Assembly: GCA_963924565.1 (NCBI GenBank)
Contig: OZ004608.1
Span: 26,598,001-26,662,000, forward strand
DNA: 64,000 nucleotides
Direction of reading: 5' to 3'
Source: Ascidiella aspersa
Lineage: Eukaryota
Positions 53,301-64,000 of the stretch are shown piece after piece (within the stretch, counting starts at the first letter, position 1; each line of letters opens with the position of its first letter). The notes under the pieces are model-generated. The model saw only the letters and a list, made by a program, of their open reading frames with translations, had not been told where the DNA came from and made no database searches. Position numbers and translations under genes: made by a program.

Positions 53301-56300
53301 ATATATATGTACAGTTACCATTTAGGGAATCCACCCATCGGGTGTGTATCAAAATTTGACAGATTGTGTGTGGAAACCAAAACTATTTCCATTGCTTTTT
53401 GCTAGCATTACTTTCCTAATAAATTCAACTTGGCAGCGGAGAAACGCAAATCTATATATAGTAAAATCATGACACTTACACATGCGACAAGTGCTCCAGG
53501 CCGTTGAACACTCCTTCCGGCAAAGACGACAGGTCATTGCTGTGGAGGGACCTGCGAAAACAGAGCAATAATTAAATCACCACTTTAAATGGCGCCATCA
53601 GAAAACTCCGCGAGTGCCAGTAACTGAAAATACTTACAGACTTCTTAACGACGTCAAACCAGAAAAGGTATTGACCGGAATGCATTGGATCCTGTTGTAG
53701 GCCAGGACCAGTCTGGTGAGACGGGTCAGGTTGCGGAACAAGTAATCCGTGACGCTTCGGATGTGATTATTGCTCAAGTCGCTGAAACGATAAAACGTGC
53801 CTTTTCCAAATTTGTTTGAAAATAACGCAAAGTTGGTTTAAAGTTCACAATTTTTACAGTCTCTTTTTGTAGACCAATCGTCAAAAAAATAATAGGTATT
53901 TCAGAAAATTGTTTAAATTTTATATGTTCTAGATAAAGAATTACATAGCCAAAAAGGTCGAGCAGATCGACATCATCTTGATTAAGACGTTTCCATACAA
54001 GCTTGTATCATCTTCAGTTAATGTGACTGAGAAGCAATTTAAGCTACATTGCAGATCCGTACATAGTGTACCCAGTTATATGTTTTATTTTTACAACTTT
54101 TATATCATTTGTTTTGCTAACGTGTAACCGTGGTTTCTGTAATAACCGTTAGCCCCCTTTCTCTGTAAATGATAGTTTAAAAAAATCTCTCTTTAAAGTT
54201 CGTCATACATGGTAGTGAGATCTTTGTATCGATTTATTTCCTCGGGAATAACAGCGATCTCATTGCGCTCCAAGTAAAGCTCCTGGACGTCGTCCGAAAT
54301 GTCAGAAACCGGGATAACAGACAAACCGACGTTGGCACATCGAAGCATTGGACCTGAACAAAAAATGAGTTGTTGTTCGGCGCAATTTGACAGGTAGTTT
54401 ATACTTGGCCACTCAAAAACGGGCGGTCATGGGTGGACGCTGTCAAAAACAACATGATTTTTAAGTGGCCATGGTTGTAAACAGATACAGAACGTCTCTT
54501 GAGTGACAGTTGACCAATGTACTGCACCTTTTACTAAATCAACACTTCTAAAACAAGACTTCCATAAAACGTTTAGGAAGAAAAAAATTTAAAAATAAAC
54601 TAAAGATTATAAAGTTATTTATTATTATTATTATTATTAAGTTTTAGCCGATTTCTACTTTTGGTTACTAAGGTGTATATACAAAAAAGTTTATAATACA
54701 ACGCTTTGTTTGTCGCCCGATGGTTGTGTTGGCTCCGATGCTGTTTAAAATTACAAACAGTAAGTTTTTGTCAAAACAAGGCCTTGAAGCCGTTCAAAAA
54801 GCTGTACTATAACCAAAAAAAAACAACCTTGACAGTCGCAGCCGCTCGGACACTTTTGCACCGGGGCACAGGTCGGTGCTTCCAGTGCCTGCTTGGAATC
54901 GCAGCGAAAGTCCTGCGAGTTGATGTCCGATATCGGGATTCCGAGGAGGCGCGACGGGGCGCTGGAACAGCGGGGATTCCCCGACGCCACGTTTCTCTCC
55001 CGCAGCCAGGTGGAAAACCAGCCGAGGTGGCAGTCGCAGTGGAGCGGGTTGGCCAGCATGTTTCTGTTGGAAGATAATGATTGCCGTTAAGCACTGACAG
55101 GAAAACAAATTGTTATAGAAAGGACCACTCATGGTCTTTCTTTCAAAAAAAATATTTTGATGTAGCAAAAATTAGCAAAATTACAGTTTGGCGGACCATT
55201 GCCACGTGCCCCCTTGGACCCGCCCCTGGTGCGAAACAACTGAGATTTCCACAGAAACAATCCTAGCATAAAATTAGGATAAAAAATGGTGTTACATTTA
55301 CAATTGTGGTTATTAAAAAATCTGTTACATTTTTAAAGACAAAGGCCAACCCAATAATTTGCTATGTATAGGTGACCTTGTAAATAAGGAAAAATCAAAG
55401 ACACAAGGACGATAAGGCACAGCCCTGGTAAAACACTATTGAGGCTGTTACCGTTAAAAACTATGTTATGAGTTAAAGCTGACAGATGGTATTTATAAAC
55501 AATCACAACCATCTCTGACTCCGTTACCTACAAATAAAAGGAAAGTAGTTATACGGTTTAATGTATAAAATCAATGTGTCATATACATAAAACCACCCTG
55601 AATTCATATAAACTAACACACACTACCGAAAAGGTATAAATTATAAACTACAGAGCACTTACAATGTTGTGAGCGAAGTGAGTGTGCTGAAGGCGCCATT
55701 TACGATTGTGGTAATTCGGTTGCCGTAAAGTGACAAATGTCTCAGAGACGACAAACCGCCGAATGTGTGGTTTCCAATACAAGAGAGCTGATTGCTTCGA
55801 ATTGTTCTGCATCGAAGGATATATAGCATTTAAATGCAAATATTAACATAAATGTAATGCATTTTTAGTAATTTAATTTATTTATTGAAGTAAGTCTTAT
55901 AGTTTTGGTATGAGAGGTGCTTATACTACAAAAAAGGTAGTATGTTTTAAATTTAACGAGAAGAACATTACTCACAATGTTCTCAAATTGGGCAGTCCAG
56001 AAAGCGCAGAAGCTGTAATGGTTTCCAACAAATTGTTGCTGAGGAATCTACAAAACAAATAATAGACGACAGGTTTAAAACTATCCTTAATTAAAATAGC
56101 CATAAAATCGAAACCCTAACTGAAAGAAATCTTACAATTCAGCCAAACTGCTTGCTCCAGCCAAGGCACCATCCTCAATTTCGGTTATCCGATTAAAAGA
56201 AAGATCGATTCTTCTCAGGTTGCTTAGCTTTCTGAAGGCGCCGTTGTTTGCCAGTCGGCCGATGTTGTTGCGATTGAAAATACTGCAAAATATAATTCAT

Positions 56301-59300
56301 TAAATGTAAGCCAATATAGCTTGAAGAGTCGGTTTTAAGAAACTTACAGATTGGAAACGTGGGGAGGAATGTTGTCGGGTAGTGAGGTCAGCCCTTGCCC
56401 GGAACAATCGACAGTTGTCGAGTCACAATGACAACCCGTCGGACATTCGATTTCTGGCGCACAAATCGTGTTCTGCTCTAGTTCTGCACGTTGTCCAGCT
56501 GAAAACGAGAACAAAGTTTCAAAAAATACGAAAGGGACATCTCATATTTAAATCCACATTTTTTTCTGTCGTGTATATAGATCGCTGTCGCATTTCACCA
56601 TTAACCATTTACAATAAAAAGATGAACAACACAACAAGCATACGTCTGCATCTGAATTTTCTCTTTTTCACTTGTGCGATTCGTTTGTTGGCGTTACGGG
56701 CGGGACCGGCGCACTTTGCTCCTGAGGTTTCCACAGGGTTCTTCTTGAGGTATTTCGACAGCCAACCCAACCGACAGTCGCAGATGAATGGATTCTGGGC
56801 CAAGTGCCTGCGATAAAAAACAAATTATTATACAAAAAAGTCTTAGTTCATTTGTTTTCTCGTGAAATGGCTTAAGAAAGTTAATAGCGTAATGGACTAC
56901 AAAGTAAAAAATATACAAGCGCGAAAAAAATTGTTTTTGCGTAGCAAAATTTAGCGCAAAATATTGTTTATGGAACATGGCCTGGTGTTCCCCCTGGATG
57001 CGCCACAGCCTGCTCACAGTGCTTCGGGCAAATCTGATGACCAGTAACTGAAGGCTGACACCGGCCTTGCCTATAACAACTATACCTGTCTGTCTTTCAA
57101 CCAGTTTCAAAAGTCAAATTTTTGCATGAAAGTTGACAAAAGTTTGTATCCACGTACGGCCGCCAACTCTAGTATTTTTCCTAAACGCGTGCAAGGCCGC
57201 AAAAGTTATAATTAACGCCTTCAGGTTGAGCACTGCTGGTCTTAAGCTATTAATAACGACACGATCGTGACTCACAAAGTTTCAATTGCGCGAAGAGAAT
57301 CGAAGGTTCCTTTGGTGAGGTACTGCAATTTGTTGTCGTACAGTGATCTGCAAAATACCGAAAAATAAAAAATTACCGAAACCGTGTTGAGTCGAAATTT
57401 AATGAAGCGGGTGCGGCCACAGGTGCGTTTATCTAGTTTATCAATCACTTTGATTTGACGTTTCTTAGTGATACTGCTTATTTTTGTTTCATAAACAGAC
57501 AGCGATAATTCGTATAATCTTACAGGAGGTTGAGCGAAGTCAATCCATCAAATGTGTCTTGCCTCAGGCATCGTAGGTTGTTGGCATTGAGCAATCTAGA
57601 AGAAAATAGGCAAGTTTAATAATGTTGTTTTATGTGCGTATAAGGCCATACTTTAGTCTACGGCTTAACGCGCGACAATAAAAATTACTCACAGCATTTG
57701 GAGATTTGGCAATCCCATAAATACATTTCCTGGAAGCGTGGTCAGCTTGTTTCTATACAAAACTCTGAAACAAGCACCGCGGTTAAATTTCGCATTTACA
57801 TGTAACAACGTGTTTTAACTTACAATGACGTCAGACTCTCAAGACCGCTAAAAGCACCGCTTTCAATTTCCTCGATCAGGTTGTTGCTCAAATCTCTGTT
57901 AAGATAAATGAACAATAACATCAAAATCTAAGATAATTTTTAATTAAATTAACACTAATACATAAAAATATTCATCGGAAATATACAAAACACTTTATTT
58001 CACTTACATTCTTCTCAAGTTGGTGTATCTCAAAAATGCAAGCGTCGGAATTCTTGCAATCAGGTTTTGCTCGAGACGCCTACAGGTATAAAATACAAAA
58101 TCAAACTTACACAAAGCGGTTGAAACAAGCAGTGACGAAGTTTTACGAAGTTTTTCCACTTACAATTCGGTTGAATCATCGGGAAAGATTGTCGGCAAGA
58201 CCGTGAGAGCGCTGTTCCGGCAGTCGACCACTCCGCCATTGCATTGGCAGTGGGCGGGACACGCCGTGACTTCGCAGATTCTTCGCGGTGAAAAGTTTTC
58301 TAAAAGCCACAAACAATGCCGGTCGATAAACTCGTAGTGCTTTAGACAAGTGTGGGTGGACACATTTTACTAAGATGTTTGTGCGAGCCCCCCATTGATA
58401 GCCATGGACAACAAAACAATTTGGCACTTCAGATTTGTTTGTATGTAGCCACGCCATGTGACGTATCAGACCGGATCCTCTTGTTTTGTTGTAAGACTAG
58501 CGCTAGCTTTTTCATATACGGTATGTCAGGACTTCAGATCTACATTTTGGAATTCCGAGTTTGATTTCAGGTGTACGAGGCGGGCTAGTATGACACAAGT
58601 TCAGGAAGCACGTTTTTCATAAATATTTGAGAATGTGTTCCCACACAATCCCACAACTTCACATCCCCGATTAGCACCTTACATATTTTACTTCTTTCGC
58701 GATATTTTTAAAGTATGACGCCATACGTAATTAAGGCAAGCTGACCGGAACTTTCCCTCTCTTGTTGATAAGCGTTCGAGTTTTACAACCACAACTCAGC
58801 CCATTAGACATAGCGGAGTGAGCGGTAAGTGGAAAGTCGTTATTACAGGCCGACTTTGGCGGACAAGAAATAATTACGCACTATTTTAGAAGAGATCGCG
58901 CGCGATGTTATTGTTCGGTCAAGTGGCGAAAAACAGTCGTCGCCAGTGTGGACCTGAAGTAGCCCCCGGATCGGCGGTCGCAGTGTGTCAGACGGACCCT
59001 TGGCCCCGAATGCGCTTGCGTGAAAGTTATGCGCTGGGGTCTTTCTGCGAGAGCGACTTGTCAACGCAGATTAAGTGACCTTGCCAATCTCGTGGGAACA
59101 GACGCGCATGCAATGACGAGTCCCGAAGCATCGCAACACCTTCCCGGCGGAAACCAAAGCCGAAACAGCGTGAACGCGAGTTTGCGACTTAGCGTTGGCC
59201 GATGCCGGTCGGCGAGCGTTTGATGGCCAACTGCTACACGCCAGATTAGGTTACGATTTTGTGTAGACAAGGATTTGCGAAACTCGCGACGGCGGAACTG

Positions 59301-62111
59301 CAGGGCGAAGGGTGCGCGAGGTGGCGCTTAGTCTGTTCATCCCAGATTTCCGCCCAGGTTGATCCCTGAACAAGCCGCCGAGCTGCGAACCTTCAATGAT
59401 GAAGGTCGGTGAGAAAGGTGCACAACTTATAACAAGGGGGTGAATATTTCTGTAGGGCGGTTTCGCCAGTGTCACGTTCTTGCTTGACTTTACGTCGTGT
59501 CGTTGAGACCTATGCGTCCTTTTGATTGGACGCGCCCGTCAGGTTCCGGGAAAGCGAAAACCGGAAAACGTCAGCGCGTTTGTTGTGCAATCATTGGATT
59601 GTCTCTAAGACGTGAGATGCCGCGCAGATTAGATCCGTGGGTAATTTTCAGGTAATGTGTTTACGTTTTCGATGCCCTGCTGTTCGGTGCGCTGAGCTTA
59701 TCACGATCTATAGATCTTTACTTTGGCCGCGGAGCGTAACGCAAAAATACTAAAAATGGCGCCCTAATTATGACTAAAATGGCGCCCTAATACCAGGAGC
59801 AAGGCGGAAAACTCCGCATATTTTGCAAAATTCGGGTGAACTGTGGCGCAATCGAGAGACCACCCCAACAGCCCGGACAAACCCGCGTGATCGCCGAGCT
59901 CCGTGAATCATTCCCACGAGTCCACCGAAAGCAGCGTCGCTGTGTTTACACAAATAGTTAAAGTCGCGCGGCACTTCAAGATCGGCGGCAATTAAGCGGC
60001 CCGCGTGGTGAGGCGTCGACGGCAAAGAAGGCCGGATTAACAGTATTCCGAGTTCCGGAATGCTGCTCCAAATCGAGCGTGGCGATCGGATTTGTCATCT
60101 CCTCGGCTCGCAGCAGACATAGGCAGGATTTTTGCCCGAAACAGAGCTATGTGGGGTCGGCGGCTTGGGCTCGTCTGAGCTGCGTTTTAGCACGTTTTCG
60201 GTCATGCGGTTGGCAAAATCGCGGAAAAAACAAGTGCCCGTGAGGGCTCCTTCAACTACATATAAGGACCCGCGAGTCTGCGATGCGTGACCCATGCGAA
60301 ATGGGGCGCCCTTAGGTTCGCGCTCTCCGCCATCCATTGTTGTCCTTTGGGGTGCTCCAAGGGCGCGACGAGCATAGTTTCGCCCCGTTTTTTCACACTT
60401 TTTCGTCCCGCCTTGGCGCGTTTGGAGAAACGTGTGTTTTGTTTCCTGACCGCAACGGTCAATCTCGGCGAGCGGCTCCCCGGCCACCGTTGCCTTATCT
60501 ATCGTCGATTGGAAGATTAGAGACGATTTCAGCAGCCAGCCAAATCGTTAGCATACACCAGCAGGTGCGTCCGCGTCAAATCAGATTACGGCGTCGCCGT
60601 GTGATTTTTTCCCGATTTGTTGATATTAATCGCCAAAGGTTTAGGCCGTTCGAGAAATCCGCGCAAAATAGGCCGACGCACTTCAAAATGTCTGCAAAAT
60701 GTCAAACAATTACTCTCCAGAGTGAAATATTCACGCAAATATTTCACGTATTCACTTAAATATTTCACGGATCAAACGCAAGGCAGACCTTTCTCACCAA
60801 CCATTCACTCTTACAGAGTGAAATGTTTACCTAAATATTCCACGTATGGCAGAAAAGGGTGGGCAAGGGCTGACTCAGGTAAAGTGGGTTTCTGTGCGTT
60901 CATCTTTAAAAATAAATTCGAGGTGAAAAAGTCGATTAACAAATTACAGTCTTTAACAATCTGAGACTATTTTTTTAGCGACGAGTTAAGAAAAAACGAA
61001 GCGTTAGAACCATCGCACTTCCTTGAGATTTTCCCAGGACTCTTTTCGATTGCTGCCTTTCGTTCCGGGCTCATTGCCGCTTTCTTTGAAAGCAGCGCGG
61101 AAAAACTGCACATTTTTTTGCCATTCTCCTCTGTGCACTTGAGACGCGCTGGGCGCGAGTCTCGGAATTTAATAATTGCATCGCTCGCTCGCCGCGCGGC
61201 CATCGAGTTACGATCGCGTGTAATTGCGCCCGACAAAGGCGAAAAAGCTGGGCCCGAAAAACACTCACCGCATACGAAGTCGTTCTTGGGATCGGCAAGG
61301 CTTCGTCCCCTCAGGAAAACGGGCAAGTGGCACTGGGCGAAGACCGCCATCGTGGGGTTGCTCCGGACCCAGTTGGCCAGCCAGCGCAGATGGCAATCGC
61401 AGTGCAAGGGATTGCTGTGCAGGCGGCTGCGGGCAAAAAACACAAGACGCGCGTTCGTCAAGGGTGTTATCAGAGAAGCGCCGGAATGCGCCGCGCCATG
61501 TTTACGAGGCGAACGGTTCGCGTATATTCGAGGAATAGGCCTCGTATGAACTGAAAAGAACTGTTTGTGGAAAAGAAAACGAAACGACTACTTGCTTTGC
61601 GATATTTTTGCTGCTTTGCGGAACTTATTTTTAATCGAAAAATGACAAACAATGACATTAGTGAAATCTCATTGTCGCGATGGCAAAATATTCTTGTTGT
61701 ATTTAAATTAACACATTGATGTTTTAATATTGTACGCTTTTTTATTTCAAATTTCCTATAAAAGGTTTTGGACACCAAACCAGTTTTATAAGAAAACTCA
61801 AAAAGTTGGCATTTAAAAAGGTAAAAGTTAAACAGATTTAGTAGTGTACAACCAACTTCTCTTTTTGGCAAAACGTCGGAATTTTATATAAACCATTGTC
61901 AAACAGCAAAATAAACGGGCGCATTTTTGTGCCGAAAAGCGTGAAAACACCAAACCCGACTCACAATGTCCGCATGCTGGGAATCTCATCTCCGAAGACG
62001 TCGGCGGCGAGCGAAGTCAAGTTGTTGTTGTTCAAAGTGAGCACTTCGAGCGAGGCGAGGACAAAAAAGGTCCGTGGGCTGATGCAGGTCAGCTCGTTGT
62101 TGTCCAATTGC
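44354..62111 (-). CDS. SLIT: Slit (Robo ligand): end of LRR D1, D2-D4, 6 EGF, laminin G, 3 EGF, cystine knot; 5' exons lie beyond 64000
   Basis: 31 exons: 62111-61965, 61426-61269, 58299-58164, 58079-58008, 57895-57824, 57764-57693, 57595-57524, 57347-57276, 56807-56644, 56498-56348, 56282-56136, 56047-55976, 55806-55663, 55063-54828, 54353-54209, 53781-53638, 53551-53480, 53012-52861, 51541-51425, 51271-51172, 50416-50279, 49856-49746, 49045-48902, 48424-48265, 47982-47884, 47581-47423, 46948-46756, 46368-46168, 45787-45683, 45429-45298, 44679-44354. 72/144-nt LRR exons; [21 protein letters not shown]; [11 protein letters not shown]; Lam[28 protein letters not shown]; C-terminal [20 protein letters not shown]. 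Confidence 0.96.
44943..44970. repeat. (TA)n microsatellite in the last Slit intron
   Basis: ATATATATATATATGTATATATATATAT. Confidence 0.9.
53981..54022 (-). ncRNA. Second minimal hammerhead motif in a Slit intron (stem II closing pair mutated)
   Basis: Minus strand: AUUAA CUGAAGA UG AUACAAGCUUGUAU G GAAA C GUC UUAAU. Core and GAAACGUC are intact, stem I is 5 bp, stem II is palindromic but closes with G.G instead of G-C. Confidence 0.6.
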
Positions 62112-64000
62112 CTTGAAAAAAATAGGAGCGAGCGTGTGTACAGAGGCTTATGAAGGGGTGCAGCTGCGCGGGCCTAAAGGTGCTCCAAACCCGCTGGGGG
62201 GGGGGGGGGGCTTGAAAGCGGCGCGTTTTGAACCACCATTACGTCATTGCTTTATCAAACCGAGCGTCAACTTCATTGCGAAACGGTATGCTATTTATAG
62301 TTTTAGCCCCTATTTAATTTTAGCTATAATTAGGGCCTACAACCTACATTGAATACCTAAAATACCCGTCGCTGTTAAAAAAAATTAACATGTTTTAAGT
62401 CTTTGAACATGAGTAATCGTAGAGAAGCCATAGAACCCGCAATGATTCTAAGGCCTCCTTATGAATTCCTCTTGAGAGTCCCTGGGCGTGTATATAAGGA
62501 TCCGGCGACGATAACGCGACACAATACAAACGCGGGAGCGGGACGGGTGATGCAATCTCGGCGATGAAAGGCATTCTGTCTCATGGTTGGTAAACGTTAC
62601 GGCCGAAGTGAAATGAAGCGCCGTTGCAACAACATCCAGCAATCTGCTCACACGCTTCCAATAGCGAGAAAAATGTGTTTAAAGAGAAATGGGGCTTCTG
62701 TGCCTTGTTGTGGTTGTGTTGCGTGCGCACCGCGAATATATTATTTCGGGCGGAATTTAGTTAGCGTGTGATACTTTGCGAATGAAGGGCTCGATTGTTT
62801 GTTGTTGCAGCGAATCAGGCAAGGAGCACAAAACAATTCCCCAAAACTACTCTAGCACCTGCACCCGGCGGGAACAGTTGATACATTTAAGAGACGGGAC
62901 TTGCACGCGCGTTTCAATTCTAATCCTGTAAGTGAATTTTCCAGGCCGTTACGGCTCTTAACGAACGCCGGTGTTTAGTGACGAAGGCGCTGCGGCCGGA
63001 ACAATGGCGGCCAGTCATTTCGCCGCCCGTCAAAGGTGGTCCGCTGAATTGGCGGGCAGAAAAGAAAAAAAAATTTCAACGCAAATATATAGCAACGCTG
63101 ACAAAAAAGAACGAACGCGCGGGGGTGGTAATTTGGCGAAAGGCGCCGACGCATTTCAATGACACGGTTTGCAGAAGACGCTGCCTCGATTGCTATGCGC
63201 CAACAGCAAGACTGGGACATTGCCGGTTTTTGTTCATGGGACGATCCTTCTAAACACGGCAACCAAGTTCATTGGTGGCGGCGGCAACTTCGCAAAGGCG
63301 ACGTCAGCCCCCGGGCGCCGCAAAGAGCCATCCGACTATACAGCTTTACGCTTTGTGCATTACCTTTTTTTAACTGTCTCGACCTAATACTTAATCTTTC
63401 TTTGCGCGCGCGCCGTCGGTCCGACAAAGGTAGGCGCGTAATTGTAGACGCCGAAGAGCTGTAACGACACTTTAATTCCTGTTTCACGAGCGGCGCAGAC
63501 GTGCGGATTTCGTTATTTTAATGACACGTTTATTTCATTACAGCACACGCGACAAGACTCATTAAGCAACGTCTACGATGGCTCGTTTTTTTTCATCCAC
63601 GCGTCCGCTGTTGTTACGGGGATTTGCCTTAGGTCGCAATCGACATGGGCGACGGACGAGAGGCGCCAAGCGAAAATTCGAACATAAACAAAACACGGAG
63701 GCCCCTTTGAAGTCTCCTGGGAGGTAGCAACTGTTATTTTTTGGGCAACTGGAAAAACAACTTTTCCCCGTGAGTACGTAAGCAAGAACGTTCCAGCAAA
63801 AATAAAACAGCTATAGATAGTGTTTTAAAGAGTGCAACAATTAATTGCTTTCCGTGTTACATTTTCTGTCAAGATGTTAGACGTATTCTATACAGCGACT
63901 TTACAGGAGTGTTACGCGTTTCCCGTTTTGTGCCTTGGCATTGTCCCACCTAAAATTTTAAAGCACAACGCGGGCGTTATTTTTGTCAGACACGGACCAT

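Noticed and set aside
22075-57060. Other CTGANGA matches (22075, 40164, 43439, 49646, 51084, 57034; also 5175)
   Set aside because: They lack a properly placed GAAA, stem II or stem I.
58800-64000. Many overlapping 60-140 aa ORFs in Slit introns
   Set aside because: Expected from high GC content; no recognisable domains other than the two Slit exons.
1-64000. CRISPR array or prokaryotic system
   Set aside because: The window is spliced eukaryotic DNA; short repeats are MITE subterminal motifs without regular spacers.

Overview
AT-rich eukaryotic genomic DNA with compact GT-AG introns, most likely an ascidian tunicate. This is an inference: connexins are restricted to tunicates and vertebrates, and this one has a CDS split by four introns. 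I built five spliced gene models by hand. (1) The 5' end of a choline transporter-like SLC44/CTL gene (-). (2) A complete 5-exon connexin (+). (3) A large secreted mosaic trypsin-like protease (-): two YWTD propeller-EGF modules, EGFs, one Ig and a trypsin domain, preceded by signal peptide-FN2-LCCL exons whose splice link to it is unresolved. (4) A complete PRC1/MAP65/Ase1 gene (-). (5) 31 exons of Slit (-), whose 5' end lies beyond the window. Non-coding DNA holds many hAT-type MITEs with 8-bp TSDs, a Tc1/mariner-type MITE, a tRNA-headed tandem 1.8-mer bounded by one 12-bp TSD, and several minimal (Penelope-type) hammerhead ribozyme motifs in introns. The best hammerhead is sense-oriented in PRC1 intron 2. 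The strongest candidates for novelty are the Factor-C-like FN2-LCCL-propeller-Ig protease architecture and the intronic hammerheads. All exon coordinates were read by eye and need RNA-seq confirmation.
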